Source: Candidatus Kapaibacterium sp.
GTDB taxonomy: Bacteria > Bacteroidota > Ignavibacteria > Kapaibacteriales > HRBIN21
Reading direction: 5' to 3'
Length of the DNA: 64,000 nucleotides
Assembly (NCBI GenBank): GCA_025059875.1
Contig: JANXCT010000002.1
Location: 87,910-151,909, forward strand
In this document: positions 53,840-64,000 of the stretch, in pieces
How the letters are laid out: each line of letters begins with the position of its first letter
How positions within the stretch are numbered: the first letter of the stretch is position 1
The notes under the pieces: model-generated
What the model was told of the DNA's origin: nothing
What the model saw: only the letters and a program-made list of their open reading frames with translations
Database searches by the model: none
Position numbers and translations under genes: made by a program

Positions 53840-55195
53840 TTATCGGACGTCCTGCGGAGAGCCTAAGGGGTAGACCGAAGGACGCCCAATGCTATGGTAC
53901 TCAAAGCCAAGGCGCAGCATCTCTGGAGGGGAGAAGAGATTGCGTCCGTCAAAGATGATGGCCTGCCGGAGGCAACGCCGGAGGTGATGGAAATCCGGGT
54001 TGCGAAATTCTGCCCACTCTGTAGCAATGATGAGGGCATCAGCCCCTTCCGCACATTCGTAAGCCGATGAAGTGTAAGTGAGTCTCTCTCCGTAGAGCCG
54101 ACGAAGGTTGTCAAGCGCCTGTGGATCGTAGACCCGAATCTGCCCCCCATCCTGCAGCAACGCATCAATCACGTACAGTGCTGGAGCCTCGCGGATATCG
54201 TCCGTATTTGGCTTGAAGGCGACTCCCCAGAGGGCAAGCACTCTACCGTCGATGGACCCGAATCGACGACGAATCTTCTCAACAAAGCGCCGGAGCTGCC
54301 GCTCATTAACCCTCGCCACTGCCGGAATCAGCTCCAAGGGGACCTCCACCGAACGCGCCGATTGCACCAGAGCGCGGATATCCTTCGGTAGGCAGCTTCC
54401 TCCATATCCCAAGCCAGCAAAGAGGTACCGCTTTCCAATTCGGCTATCGGCTCCCATTCCGAGACGGACCTGTTCTATGTCCGCTCCAATCGCCTCACAG
54501 TATGCCGATAGCTCATTCATGAACGACACACGCATCGCCAGAAAGGCATTTGAAGCGTACTTGACAACCTCAGCGCTGGTCTCATCCATCACATAGATCG
54601 GGTTGCCAGTCCGCACAAAGGGTTCGTAGAGGGTCCGCAACACCGTAGCAGCCCAGGGATCACGAGTACCGATGATGACCCGCTCTGGCTTCATGAAGTT
54701 CTCTACGGCAGAACCCTGGCTAAGGAATTCAGGGTTGGAAGCGACGGTGATCTGGACAGTGGGAAGCTCTCGGTGGAAGAGCTCTGCCAATTGCCGTGTT
54801 GTTCCGGGAGGTACTGTACTCTTCGTCACCAGCAAGCGGCGCCCCTCCGGTGGGAACTGCCGGTAGTACTCTATGAGCTCCCGAGCTACAGCGAAGACAC
54901 GCCGAACATCTGCAGAGCCATCTTCCTGCGAAGGGGTCGGCAAGCACAGCATGAGAACATCACAGTTGGCGGCTGCTTCGGATAATTCGGTGGTGAAGCT
55001 AACGCGCTGCTTCTGTAGGTTTCTGCTCAACAAGGCCTGAAGGCCAGGCTCGTAGAAAGGGATTTCACCACTCCGTAGGCGTTCAATCTTCGCAGCATCC
55101 ACGTCGACACAGATGACTTCGTTCCCCGTCTCAGCAAAACAGAGTCCCGTAACCAGACCTACGTATCCCGTGCCGATAATCCCAACTCGGTACAT
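53840..55195 (-). CDS. ugd: UDP-glucose 6-dehydrogenase (UDP-glucose/GDP-mannose dehydrogenase family)
   Basis: MYRVGIIGTGYVGLVTGLCFAETGNEVICVDVD N-terminal Rossmann. Catalytic Cys region (GGSCLPKD). Confidence 0.85.
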   Translation of the reverse strand: MYRVGIIGTGYVGLVTGLCFAETGNEVICVDVDAAKIERLRSGEIPFYEPGLQALLSRNLQKQRVSFTTELSEAAANCDVLMLCLPTPSQEDGSADVRRVFAVARELIEYYRQFPPEGRRLLVTKSTVPPGTTRQLAELFHRELPTVQITVASNPEFLSQGSAVENFMKPERVIIGTRDPWAATVLRTLYEPFVRTGNPIYVMDETSAEVVKYASNAFLAMRVSFMNELSAYCEAIGADIEQVRLGMGADSRIGKRYLFAGLGYGGSCLPKDIRALVQSARSVEVPLELIPAVARVNERQLRRFVEKIRRRFGSIDGRVLALWGVAFKPNTDDIREAPALYVIDALLQDGGQIRVYDPQALDNLRRLYGERLTYTSSAYECAEGADALIIATEWAEFRNPDFHHLRRCLRQAIIFDGRNLFSPPEMLRLGFEYHSIGRPSVYPLGSPQDVR

Positions 55196-55216
55196 CAGAG
55201 GCTCTTCATCGTCAGG

Positions 55217-55978
55217 CTATTCCAGCTCAAAGGCAAAGGTGATAATGCCGACCATCTCCATCTGGGTCGGCAGGGGATTGAAACGCCACTGACGCAGCGC
55301 CTCTACAGCCACCCGCTCCAGCACCGGATCCGTGCGCTGGACAGGGATGATCGTTCCGACAGTACCATCAGGCAGCACAGTAAACCGCAGACGCACTCTC
55401 CCTCCAACGTTGTGTCCCCGCGGGTACTGCGGCAAAACCCTGTAGACCACAATTCGGTTACCCCCACCTCCCCACTGAATATCGAACCCTAAACCTCGGC
55501 CACTCCCACTGCCCTGGAGCCCTAGTCCAGAGCCTTCAGCCGACCTTTCTGGGACACCGGCTGCCCCTCCCGATTCTCCCGGCGAGTTCGTAGCAGCCTT
55601 CGTCGTCTCTGGAACAGGTCGTGGTATGGCATGCACGGACTCCGTGACACCCCCGGCTCTCTGTGTGGAACGAGAGGCTATCTGAGCATCCTCCAACGGA
55701 GAGCGCGCTGGCCGTGCCCTCCGCGCCGCACCTTCTGGCGATAGACTACCACCGGCTGGTTTTTCGCCTTCACCCCACCCAAGGGTCAAGAGCTCCACGG
55801 GAATGCTGCGAGCCTCGAGCTGTCGTGGAGGCTCAGGAATCCATCGTACGTTGAGCATGAGGAGGAAGATGCAGATATGCAGCAGGAGCGACAGCAGAAA
55901 GGCACGGGCAGTGATGCGGTCCCAGGGGATGCGTACGGTCAGAACGGTCGTCCGCTCGTAAGAGGTATGCATCTTCAT
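55217..55978 (-). CDS. tonB: Energy transducer TonB
   Basis: N-terminal TM anchor, Pro/Gly-rich spacer, and a C-terminal TonB domain (GRVRLRFTVLPDGTVGTIIPV…ALRQWRFNPLP). Confidence 0.7.
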   Translation of the reverse strand: MKMHTSYERTTVLTVRIPWDRITARAFLLSLLLHICIFLLMLNVRWIPEPPRQLEARSIPVELLTLGWGEGEKPAGGSLSPEGAARRARPARSPLEDAQIASRSTQRAGGVTESVHAIPRPVPETTKAATNSPGESGGAAGVPERSAEGSGLGLQGSGSGRGLGFDIQWGGGGNRIVVYRVLPQYPRGHNVGGRVRLRFTVLPDGTVGTIIPVQRTDPVLERVAVEALRQWRFNPLPTQMEMVGIITFAFELE

Positions 55979-57085
55979 TCACTGGACCCTCACAATCCAG
56001 GCATTCGTAGCTCCGAAGCGCAGAGCTGCTTGCTCAGCTTGTAGACGAGTTGCATACGGCCCAAAGCGTACGCGCCACCACGTCTGTCCTCGAATGTTCA
56101 CGGCACTGACCACAACGGCTGGAGCTCCTTGTCGGCGGAGGTACTCTGCCACTTCCTTGGCATCATCCAGGGAAGGCGAGGCATAGACTTGGACAGCATA
56201 CCAATCCTGGGACTCTCCTCGTGCTAGCGGAGCTGGAAGATGCTGAGGTGCTTTTCGTAACACCACTGTCGTAGCTCTCATAGGTCTAGGGCTTTTGGGG
56301 CTTGGTGGTTGATTTGTTTTTGCTGACTGTGTTGTTGTTGGGAGACCAGTTTGCAATAACGGCGAAAAGACCTCGACCCTCACAGGATCTACCCACACCA
56401 CCTCTCGAAATGGAGCATCCACCGAATGCTGTTGCCCGTACTGCTGTCCAATCCCCTTGGGCTCCACCTCCCCGAGCTCTGTTCCTCCGAGAAGCACAAC
56501 ATCCCATCGGCGCGCCGTTCCGAGGTGCCAGAGAAGAGCTCCTCCACCCAGGACAAGGAGCACGAGGAGGAGGTCTACGAGCACAGCACGACGTGACTGT
56601 GCACCCTTGCGCGGCTTTGATGTAATGGCTGGTGGTGTTGTCGGTAATTCCTTCTGTGCAACGAGCAGTTGGAGCTGAGAAGGATGTTTCGGTAGCTCCC
56701 CAAGGTCTATCTCTACAGGCGCAGCACTGTGGGACACTGGCTTGCTCGGAGGTACAGGTATTCCAGCCACAGAACGCGCTCGATGTCGCTGTGCTGAACG
56801 CTGGAGCTCTTCCTCTAAGATTCGGCGGAGCTCCTCATCAAGCCGCAGTACCTCTTCGGGCGACAATTCGCTGCCATGTGTGAAGAAACCACCTGCACCC
56901 TGGTCTACATCCTGGGATTGCCACGGAAGGCTTCCTGGGTAGGGAGCGCTCTCCAGCAAAAAGCTCTCCCGATCTGTTTCGGGCTCGAACCCTGTTGCTT
57001 CCTCTGGCCGGTAGTCCTGCTTCATTGCCATACCCACCGCAGCGTTGCACCAACGAAGATGCCACGTTCTGGGTAGCCCTGCCAC
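55979..57085 (-). CDS. SPOR-domain (peptidoglycan-binding) membrane protein
   Basis: Internal TM helix and a C-terminal SPOR domain (AVQVYASPSLDDAKEVAEYLRRQGAPAVVV…WWRVRFGPYATRLQAEQA). Confidence 0.65.
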   Translation of the reverse strand: MAGLPRTWHLRWCNAAVGMAMKQDYRPEEATGFEPETDRESFLLESAPYPGSLPWQSQDVDQGAGGFFTHGSELSPEEVLRLDEELRRILEEELQRSAQRHRARSVAGIPVPPSKPVSHSAAPVEIDLGELPKHPSQLQLLVAQKELPTTPPAITSKPRKGAQSRRAVLVDLLLVLLVLGGGALLWHLGTARRWDVVLLGGTELGEVEPKGIGQQYGQQHSVDAPFREVVWVDPVRVEVFSPLLQTGLPTTTQSAKTNQPPSPKSPRPMRATTVVLRKAPQHLPAPLARGESQDWYAVQVYASPSLDDAKEVAEYLRRQGAPAVVVSAVNIRGQTWWRVRFGPYATRLQAEQAALRFGATNAWIVRVQ

Positions 57086-58599
57086 TGCACAATCTCGGCA
57101 TTGAGGGCATTGTCCGCGAACAGGGTCAGCTGCAATCTTGGCACGATTGTATACCGAAGCTCACCCCACAATCGAACGTATGCGGCCAACTCCCTGTCGG
57201 GAGCTACCTGTCGTGAACCTACAATCTCTATGCCAAGAGTGCTCCACAGTCCCGCGCGCCATTGCCGATCGTACCGCGCTCGGAGCTGGAGAGGAGCGTA
57301 GTATGCTACGAACCCTTGTGTGTGTGCTCTGGCACGGCCAAGCAGCACTGACCCGCCAGCGAAGTTAGCGTCGGAAAGCTGCGCAAGCCCATGGGCTGTT
57401 AGTTCTACTACCTCTACAGGGAGTGCCCAAAGAAGGAATCCTACGCTATCGGGACGCCAGCTCCACCATCGTCTCACTGAACGAGCCCGTGCTGAGACTT
57501 CCATACTCCAAAGAGCCGACGGACTCCACTCCGCCCCTATGCTAACCCCCAGACGTTCATGTGGAAAAGTCGGCATGCTGTTTGTGCTAGCGTATGGATT
57601 CGTCTGCCATATCTCCCGCCATCCCCCTGGGTGGATACGTGACCACCCTCTCGCCAACACTCGCCAGCCTTCACTAAGCCGGTATTGCACTGTGCCCTCT
57701 AAGACCGGGAAGAAGAAGGAAGCTCCTGTGTATGCTCTCGCTAGCTGTATCCCCACAACTCCCTGGAGGTACAGGGTTGCCTGAGGTGCCCATGCTGCTG
57801 CAAGGCCAAACTCGCTGAAGATTTGCGTCTCCTCCCCCCATAGTCGCAGATCCAGTAGGCTTCGAATCCCAACGTTCGAAACCGATGCTGAAGGGTAGAC
57901 CGCCTGGACCTCTACCTGAAGCTGCTGCTCACTTTGCCCTACGCTGGCCTGGGAGAGCGAACTCATAAACAACTCTGCCCCAACTCGGTACCGCAAATCC
58001 TCTATCCTACCCCCGAGTTCCCCTCCCCCACCGAAACGGAGCAGTGACCGGCGCACTGGAAGAGAGTCCCCGAAGAGGCGATAGCGATTCCAGTGAGCTG
58101 AGAAGTCTACCGTAGCAGCTGCATTCTGAAAGAACCACAACGCTGACGGTAAGCGGAACTGCGCCTGTCCCCTGAGCAATACACTAGTTGAATCCGCGAA
58201 TGCTACGTGTCCTGCAGTAGTACTCCCATCAACTGCAGCTATTACTTTCCCTTCGCGAAGCCCCCACTGGCTAAAAGCTTTAATGCCAATGGTCGTATAC
58301 TGCCCTAGCCTCCCCTCAACGAAGCTGTGGACGGTCGAGGGCAGAGTAAGAGCGTTTGGGAGTTCCGGCTTTGGAAAGAACTCCATGAGGGTATGCTTTG
58401 CAGTCGGGTTGAGCGTGTCCAGAAGTTGCCGTGGAAGGGGATTCGGAGGTGCAGGTGGTTGTTTAGCCCCGCCTGGGATACGGCGCTCCTCCTGTCCGAC
58501 GATCACAACCTCCGGAAGCTCGAGCGGCGGAGGCACCTGGGCAAATAGCACCAGTCCCAATACCAGCATTCCCCAAAAGCCCAACAGCAGACGCATCAC
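57022..58599 (-). CDS. Putative outer-membrane beta-barrel protein, function unknown
   Basis: Signal peptide. 525 aa rich in Trp/Tyr/Gly/Arg amphipathic strands. C-terminal …LRWVWQ. Confidence 0.4.
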   Translation of the reverse strand: MMRLLLGFWGMLVLGLVLFAQVPPPLELPEVVIVGQEERRIPGGAKQPPAPPNPLPRQLLDTLNPTAKHTLMEFFPKPELPNALTLPSTVHSFVEGRLGQYTTIGIKAFSQWGLREGKVIAAVDGSTTAGHVAFADSTSVLLRGQAQFRLPSALWFFQNAAATVDFSAHWNRYRLFGDSLPVRRSLLRFGGGGELGGRIEDLRYRVGAELFMSSLSQASVGQSEQQLQVEVQAVYPSASVSNVGIRSLLDLRLWGEETQIFSEFGLAAAWAPQATLYLQGVVGIQLARAYTGASFFFPVLEGTVQYRLSEGWRVLARGWSRIHPGGWREIWQTNPYASTNSMPTFPHERLGVSIGAEWSPSALWSMEVSARARSVRRWWSWRPDSVGFLLWALPVEVVELTAHGLAQLSDANFAGGSVLLGRARAHTQGFVAYYAPLQLRARYDRQWRAGLWSTLGIEIVGSRQVAPDRELAAYVRLWGELRYTIVPRLQLTLFADNALNAEIVQWQGYPERGIFVGATLRWVWQ

Positions 58600-61500
58600 G
58601 GGTTCCTCCGCTGCATTCGGTTGAGACGACTCCGTGCAATCCGACCGTACTCATCGTTTGGACGAAGGGTCAACAAGACGCGGTAGAGCTCCATGGCCGC
58701 TTGTGGGTTCCTCATCTGCTCGTAGCACTCTCCGGCCTGTAGGAGGCTGAGGGAGTACCAGTTTTCTTTTCCTTGGTGGCTGGTTTGGAGTTGGCGGAAT
58801 GCAATAACGGCACTATCGCACCGCCCTTCTCGCATCCACGCTTCCCCGACGTAGTAGAGGGCTTCCGCCCCCAAGTCATCGCTCCGCAGCGCTAACGGTG
58901 TTAGGTAGCTCCGCACAGAGTCATACCGTTCGCGGCTCCGCCAGTAGAGTGCCACTTGATACCGTGCTTGGGCAGAGACTTCCGTAGTCGGATACTCCGC
59001 AATGGCTCGATGCCAGAAGCCCAGCGCAGCCATGGTGTCGCCACGTACATACGCCAACGTCCCACGACGGAAGACTGCCTCCGCACGTTGTACACTGTCT
59101 CCCTTCTGCTCCACGCGCTGGTACAGCCGATCAGCCACCACAGGATCACGGCGTGCCTCTTCGTGAGCCAGCTCTAGGAGAGTCTGCGCAGCATACCGGA
59201 GCTGAGGGTAGTTCTGCTGAAGCTGCTCGCTGAACCGTCGTGCTGCCTCTAGCTCACCTAACGCGAGAGCGCTGCGGAAAGCCCAATAGAGCGCTTCCGG
59301 CGTCCGCTCGCTGTACGGATAGCGCTGAGCAAAGTCCCGATACTCCTGCAGAGCAGCACCGTACTGTCGCTGAGTGAAGAGGAGTTCTGCTCTCTTCAGT
59401 CGGGCTTCTTCTTCTAGGCGCGTTGCTGGATACCGCTGCGCGATGGAATCAGCCCAGCGATATGCTTCCTCGGTCTGGCCCAAGGCCAGTAGACAGTACT
59501 GGACGCTCTTGACAGCCTCTACAGCATACGGACTACTAGGGTAACGTTCGACGACAGTGCGGTATGCCTGGAGCGCTTCGTGCCACTGCTCCATGTTGTA
59601 GTACGCATTGCCGATGGCAAACCATGTCCGCGCCGCCAATGGCGAATTTGGGTAGCTCTGCAAGAGGTTCCGGAAACGCTCAACGGCTTCTCCATACTGT
59701 TGCTGCTGGAAGGCCAGCCACCCAAGGAAGTAGAGCGCTTCGTCAGCCAGAGAAGACGTCGGATAGGTCCGTGCGAAGTACCGGAACGCTCGTTCTGCAG
59801 CTGCATAGTCGCGGAGGCGATAGAGGACGTAGCCATACTGGTAGGCTGCATACTCCCCCTCGGGAGTCTTCGGAAACCGCTGCGCTAGCTCCCAATAGAC
59901 TGTAGCTGCCTGACGGTACTGCCGTAGCAGGTAGAGTGCGTCGGCGCGACGAACGTATGCTTCGGGTGCATAGCGTGTCTGAGGAAATTCGCTGAGGAGG
60001 CGTTCGAACCAGAAGGCAGCACGCTCCATCTGCTGCATCCGAAAGGCACACCATGCTGTCCCATACAGGGCCTCCTCTCGACGTGGACTCTGCGGGTACC
60101 GCAGCAGAACGCGCTCAAACGTCTGGAGAGCTCGCTCTATCTGTCCCACCCGATAGTAGGCTTCGGCCAGCCAGAAGAGAATCTCATCGGGCTGTAGCGC
60201 TGCGGCAAGGTCTTCCCCAACAAGCCGCTCCAGCGGTGCTATCGCCTCTCCTGGACGGTGGAGCATAAGAAGTGATGTTGCTGCTCCCAAGAGGGCTCGC
60301 TCTCGGTATGCGCGCCACCTCGGCACCAAGAGGGTATCGGCTTGCTGAAGCATTTGCTCTGCAGTCCGGAACGTACGTAGGGCCTGCTCCCACTGTTCCA
60401 GTTGCTGATACACCGAGCCGAGAAGGACCAGGATCTGGAGCGTTGTCACCGCATCGGTGGCCTCCCGGAGAGCCTGCTCTAACTGGAGCCGCGCATTCCG
60501 GTACTGGGCTGCCTCGTAGCTGAGCTGCCCCAACTCCAGCAGGACCCTCGCCGGATACGGGAAGTCCCGCTGCAGGCTCAATTCTAGAAGCTCCTGCCGA
60601 GCTGCTGCGGTATCTCCGAGAGCCTTGAGGGCTGACGGTACATAGAGACGAGCGAGGGACGTCACGAGCCGATCTGAGCTACCGCGCAGCGCTTTCAACT
60701 GCTGAAGTGCCTCTTCCGATTTCCCTCGTCGCAGGTCGATCCACGCCTTCTGAAAGCGGGCACGGTCTGCCAAAAAGCCCTGCGGATAGCGCCGCAGGAG
60801 CTCGTCAAAGTACTGCTGAGCAGCCTCCCACTGCTCACGCTGAAGGTAAGCTTCTGCTCGAACGTACAGTAACTCCTGCTCTTGAACTTCGAAGGATCGG
60901 AATGGCTCGCAGCCCTGCCGTACGGGCTCTCCTCTCCGCAGGCGTTCGATGAGGAGCTGGAGGCCTTCTGTCAACTCCAACGCCTGGGCGAACTCCCGGA
61001 GGATAAGGCGCACGTACGCCTCACGGGCAAAGGCAGTCAGAGTCGCCGTATGACATGGGTACGTCTGTCGCAGCAATTGCAGCCGCTGAGCTGCTTGTCG
61101 GTACTGTTGTTCCAGCTCTGCGAGGAACGCCCAGAATAACAAGACATCATCAGCAAACTGTGACGATGGATACTGCTGCACGTACCGCGCCGCCAGGGTG
61201 TCGGCTCGACGGTACTGTCCTAGATGGAGGAGGGCGAGGAAATACCAGTACTCCACCGTAGACATTACCGACAGCTGCAAGGTTGTGTCAGGGATGCTCC
61301 GAAACCCAGCCAATGCAGAATCCCACCAACGTAGCGCCTCCTCGTACTGCTGGAGGTGAAAGGCTGCAATCCCGGCCCATTGCAGTATCCACGGCCGCAG
61401 TGAAGAGAGCGGCGCTTCTACCAGCAATGTTGCCAACGCCTCGGACCCCTGCCGCCACAATCCTTGCCGCAGCAGACTCCTGGTCGCAACAAAGCTTGCC

Positions 61501-61727
61501 CACTCATGTACGCTGACAACCGTAGGGTCAATCGACCGCGCCAACTCTTCCGCTTGCCAGACAACTCCCTGCGCTTCCTCCACTAATGCCTGTTGAAGTC
61601 GCTCACGAACATCTTCCTGCAGAATCCACCCCTGTCCCCGAGCAACGAATCCCCTCGTGAGTAGACCTACAACTATCACGGTAGCCAACCAGCAGCCCAT
61701 GCGGAAGGGCGTACTATTGGATAACAT
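58596..61727 (-). CDS. Giant tetratricopeptide-repeat (TPR) protein, about 1043 aa, signal/anchor at N-terminus
   Basis: More than 20 TPR-like units (repeating A-x-x-Y-x-x-A / YPxSxxA patterns). N-terminal hydrophobic segment. Stop overlaps the start of the downstream OMP gene. Confidence 0.7.
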   Translation of the reverse strand: MLSNSTPFRMGCWLATVIVVGLLTRGFVARGQGWILQEDVRERLQQALVEEAQGVVWQAEELARSIDPTVVSVHEWASFVATRSLLRQGLWRQGSEALATLLVEAPLSSLRPWILQWAGIAAFHLQQYEEALRWWDSALAGFRSIPDTTLQLSVMSTVEYWYFLALLHLGQYRRADTLAARYVQQYPSSQFADDVLLFWAFLAELEQQYRQAAQRLQLLRQTYPCHTATLTAFAREAYVRLILREFAQALELTEGLQLLIERLRRGEPVRQGCEPFRSFEVQEQELLYVRAEAYLQREQWEAAQQYFDELLRRYPQGFLADRARFQKAWIDLRRGKSEEALQQLKALRGSSDRLVTSLARLYVPSALKALGDTAAARQELLELSLQRDFPYPARVLLELGQLSYEAAQYRNARLQLEQALREATDAVTTLQILVLLGSVYQQLEQWEQALRTFRTAEQMLQQADTLLVPRWRAYRERALLGAATSLLMLHRPGEAIAPLERLVGEDLAAALQPDEILFWLAEAYYRVGQIERALQTFERVLLRYPQSPRREEALYGTAWCAFRMQQMERAAFWFERLLSEFPQTRYAPEAYVRRADALYLLRQYRQAATVYWELAQRFPKTPEGEYAAYQYGYVLYRLRDYAAAERAFRYFARTYPTSSLADEALYFLGWLAFQQQQYGEAVERFRNLLQSYPNSPLAARTWFAIGNAYYNMEQWHEALQAYRTVVERYPSSPYAVEAVKSVQYCLLALGQTEEAYRWADSIAQRYPATRLEEEARLKRAELLFTQRQYGAALQEYRDFAQRYPYSERTPEALYWAFRSALALGELEAARRFSEQLQQNYPQLRYAAQTLLELAHEEARRDPVVADRLYQRVEQKGDSVQRAEAVFRRGTLAYVRGDTMAALGFWHRAIAEYPTTEVSAQARYQVALYWRSRERYDSVRSYLTPLALRSDDLGAEALYYVGEAWMREGRCDSAVIAFRQLQTSHQGKENWYSLSLLQAGECYEQMRNPQAAMELYRVLLTLRPNDEYGRIARSRLNRMQRRNP

Positions 61728-61815
61728 GCAAAGTTACTCGGAGCCGCTCCGATGCAATCCCTTCCCTTCACCAGGCGTCTTATCGTACGCATGTGAATCA
61801 CTCTACGAAAGCCGA

Positions 61816-64000
61816 ATGGCGCAGACCTTTGAGGATCTCTTCGCTCCCGAAACGACGGAAAACGTCCTGAAACCCTCAGAGATTCCAAAGCCCCTGCCCG
61901 TCTTACCGCTACGGGACATCGTCATCTACCCTTTCATGCTCTTCCCTATCGTGGTTGGCCGAGCACCGTCAGTCCGGGCTGTAGCGAAAGCGCTGGAACG
62001 GAAACGCGTCCTCCTGCTGGTCGCCCAACGCGATCCGATGGTGGAAGACCCAGACTTTGAAGACCTCTATCCCCACGGTACGGTTGCCCGCATCCTCCAA
62101 GTCCAGCGCCTCCCTAACCAGCCGATTCTGAAGGTACTCGTTGAGGGCCTCTACCAGGCCCGGATTAAAGAGCCTTTCCACAAAGGCGAGTACATGGAGA
62201 CGAACATCCGCATTATCACCCCCCGTATCCCTCAGGACGACCCAGAGTTCCAGGCAATGGTCCGCCGCGCCGACGAACTCTTCCAAGAGTACCTTCGAAT
62301 TTCGCAGCAACCTCACGAACTGTGGGTGGCCTACGAGAACTTGGAGAACCCTGTCCACCGACTCTTCTACGCCGCTGCCCACGTCCAGCAGAGCATCGAG
62401 GTTAAGCAGCGCATCCTAGAGAAGGAACGCCTGAAGGATCAGTATTTTGAGCTCTTGGGTATCCTGACGACCGAAGTGGAGGTCCGGCGCCTTGCTCAAC
62501 AGATTGACCAAAAGGTACAAGACACCATCCTTCGAGCCCAACGACGCTACATCATCCAAGAGCAGATTCGTGCACTCCAGCGTGAGCTCGGTGAAGAAGA
62601 GGAAGTCCTTCCAGAATTGGCTGCCCTCCGAGAATCCATCGAGCAGGCCGGAATGCCAGAGCACGTTCGGGCAAAGGCTGAGGAAGAATTCGAACGTCTC
62701 CGCAAGACCCCACCTATCTCGCCGGAGTTCACCGTCATCCGCACATACCTAGAATGGCTAACCTCTCTGCCGTGGTCCCAGCGCACTGAAGACAACCTGG
62801 ATATCGAGCACGTTCGCCGCATCTTGGAGGAAGACCACTACGACCTCGAGCGTCCCAAAGAGCGGATTCTGGAGTACTTGGCCGTTGCTCGCCTGAAGGG
62901 ATTGGTACGCTCCCAGATTCTCTGCTTCGTCGGCCCTCCAGGCGTCGGGAAGAGCTCCCTGGCCCGCTCTATTGCCCGCGCGCTAGGACGTCGGTTTGTG
63001 CGGATTTCACTGGGTGGGGTCCGCGACGAGGCGGAGATTCGCGGACACCGCCGCACGTACGTCGGCGCAATGCCTGGGAGGATCATCCAGGCCATGCGGA
63101 AGGCCGGGACGATCAACCCCGTCATCCTGCTCGATGAGGTGGACAAGATGTCCATGGACTTCCGCGGCGATCCCTCGGCAGCCCTACTGGAGGTCCTCGA
63201 CCCGGAGCAGAATCACGCCTTCAACGACCACTACCTAGAAGTCGACTACGACCTGTCCCAAGTGCTCTTCATTGCCACGGCCAACGTCCTCTACGACATC
63301 CCGACCCCTCTGCTAGATCGGATGGAGGTCATAGAGCTGTACAGCTACCTGGACGACGAGAAGCTAGAGATCGCCCGCCGCCATATCATCCCGAGGCTGT
63401 TGGAGACGTATGGGATGGCACACTTCCCCATCGAGTTCACCGACAAAGCCCTCCTGCGAATCATCCGCGAGTATACCCGCGAAGCTGGAGTTCGGAATCT
63501 CGAACGGCAGATTGCCTCCATTCTCCGGAAAATTGCTCGCCGCCTCGTCGAAGGCTTCTCAACTGCAGAAGCAGAACAGAGCAACCTCGCTGACTCCCCA
63601 GACTTCCAGAGCTACCTCCAACAGCAGCGCATCATTGTGGATGCGGAGGCTGTCCCGAACTACCTGAAAGCCCCACCGTATTCTGAGCGCCGCCATGACC
63701 TTCGCGACAAGGTTGGGATTGCGTTAGGACTTGCATGGACGAGCGTAGGAGGAGAGCTCCTGCCCGTAGAGGCAACCCTTATGCCCGGTACAGAGAAATT
63801 AACGTTAACGGGCAAGCTGGGAGAGGTGATGAAAGAATCCGCTATGGCTGCAGTCTCATATGTGCGCTCCAACGCAGAGCGGTTCGGGATTCCCACCGGC
63901 TTTGCTACCGGGAAGGAGATTCACATCCACATCCCAGAGGGGGCTATACCGAAGGACGGTCCTTCTGCAGGCGTTACGATGACAGTAGCCCTCATCTCGG
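61816..64000 (+). CDS. lon: ATP-dependent Lon protease (3' end runs past the window edge)
   Basis: ATG at 61816. Lon N-domain (LPVLPLRDIVIYPFMLFPIVVGR). AAA+ Walker A GPPGVGKSS. Open to the end of the window. Confidence 0.85.
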   Translation, partial: MAQTFEDLFAPETTENVLKPSEIPKPLPVLPLRDIVIYPFMLFPIVVGRAPSVRAVAKALERKRVLLLVAQRDPMVEDPDFEDLYPHGTVARILQVQRLPNQPILKVLVEGLYQARIKEPFHKGEYMETNIRIITPRIPQDDPEFQAMVRRADELFQEYLRISQQPHELWVAYENLENPVHRLFYAAAHVQQSIEVKQRILEKERLKDQYFELLGILTTEVEVRRLAQQIDQKVQDTILRAQRRYIIQEQIRALQRELGEEEEVLPELAALRESIEQAGMPEHVRAKAEEEFERLRKTPPISPEFTVIRTYLEWLTSLPWSQRTEDNLDIEHVRRILEEDHYDLERPKERILEYLAVARLKGLVRSQILCFVGPPGVGKSSLARSIARALGRRFVRISLGGVRDEAEIRGHRRTYVGAMPGRIIQAMRKAGTINPVILLDEVDKMSMDFRGDPSAALLEVLDPEQNHAFNDHYLEVDYDLSQVLFIATANVLYDIPTPLLDRMEVIELYSYLDDEKLEIARRHIIPRLLETYGMAHFPIEFTDKALLRIIREYTREAGVRNLERQIASILRKIARRLVEGFSTAEAEQSNLADSPDFQSYLQQQRIIVDAEAVPNYLKAPPYSERRHDLRDKVGIALGLAWTSVGGELLPVEATLMPGTEKLTLTGKLGEVMKESAMAAVSYVRSNAERFGIPTGFATGKEIHIHIPEGAIPKDGPSAGVTMTVALIS

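Overview
This 64 kb window is high-GC (roughly 58-60% by eye) and gene-dense. I think it comes from a Bacteroidota/Rhodothermota-like (FCB group) bacterium: it has type IX secretion (T9SS) genes (porU-porV plus several cargo proteins with T9SS C-terminal domains), an alternative complex III operon, and a Bacteroidetes-type TAnnTTTG promoter box. Most of the content is housekeeping: ACIII actABCDEF with a translationally coupled MscS-like channel, an M28 peptidase, prmA, ppx, a Kgd-type 2-oxoglutarate dehydrogenase with a fused E2 catalytic domain, tRNA-Gly(GCC), purF, a CBS-type cystathionine beta-synthase, a penicillin-acylase family protein, and Lon (cut off at the window end). I did not find any CRISPR array, recognisable defence island, integrase or transposase. 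Things worth a second look: a kdsC pseudogene with three lesions; an orphan fliL-fliM(frameshifted)-fliN module that closes a tightly packed same-strand run behind giant TPR / OM beta-barrel / SPOR / TonB / Ugd genes; an 860-bp scar next to it holding split DUF4258-like small ORFs; a 15-kb uninterrupted minus-strand array in which ALDH, free Met-R-sulfoxide reductase, a lamin-tail-domain secreted protein and a lone LolE/FtsX permease are translationally coupled upstream of two large T9SS cargo proteins; and a K/H/E-rich repeat protein. All calls rest on reading the translated ORFs and the DNA by eye. No database search was run.
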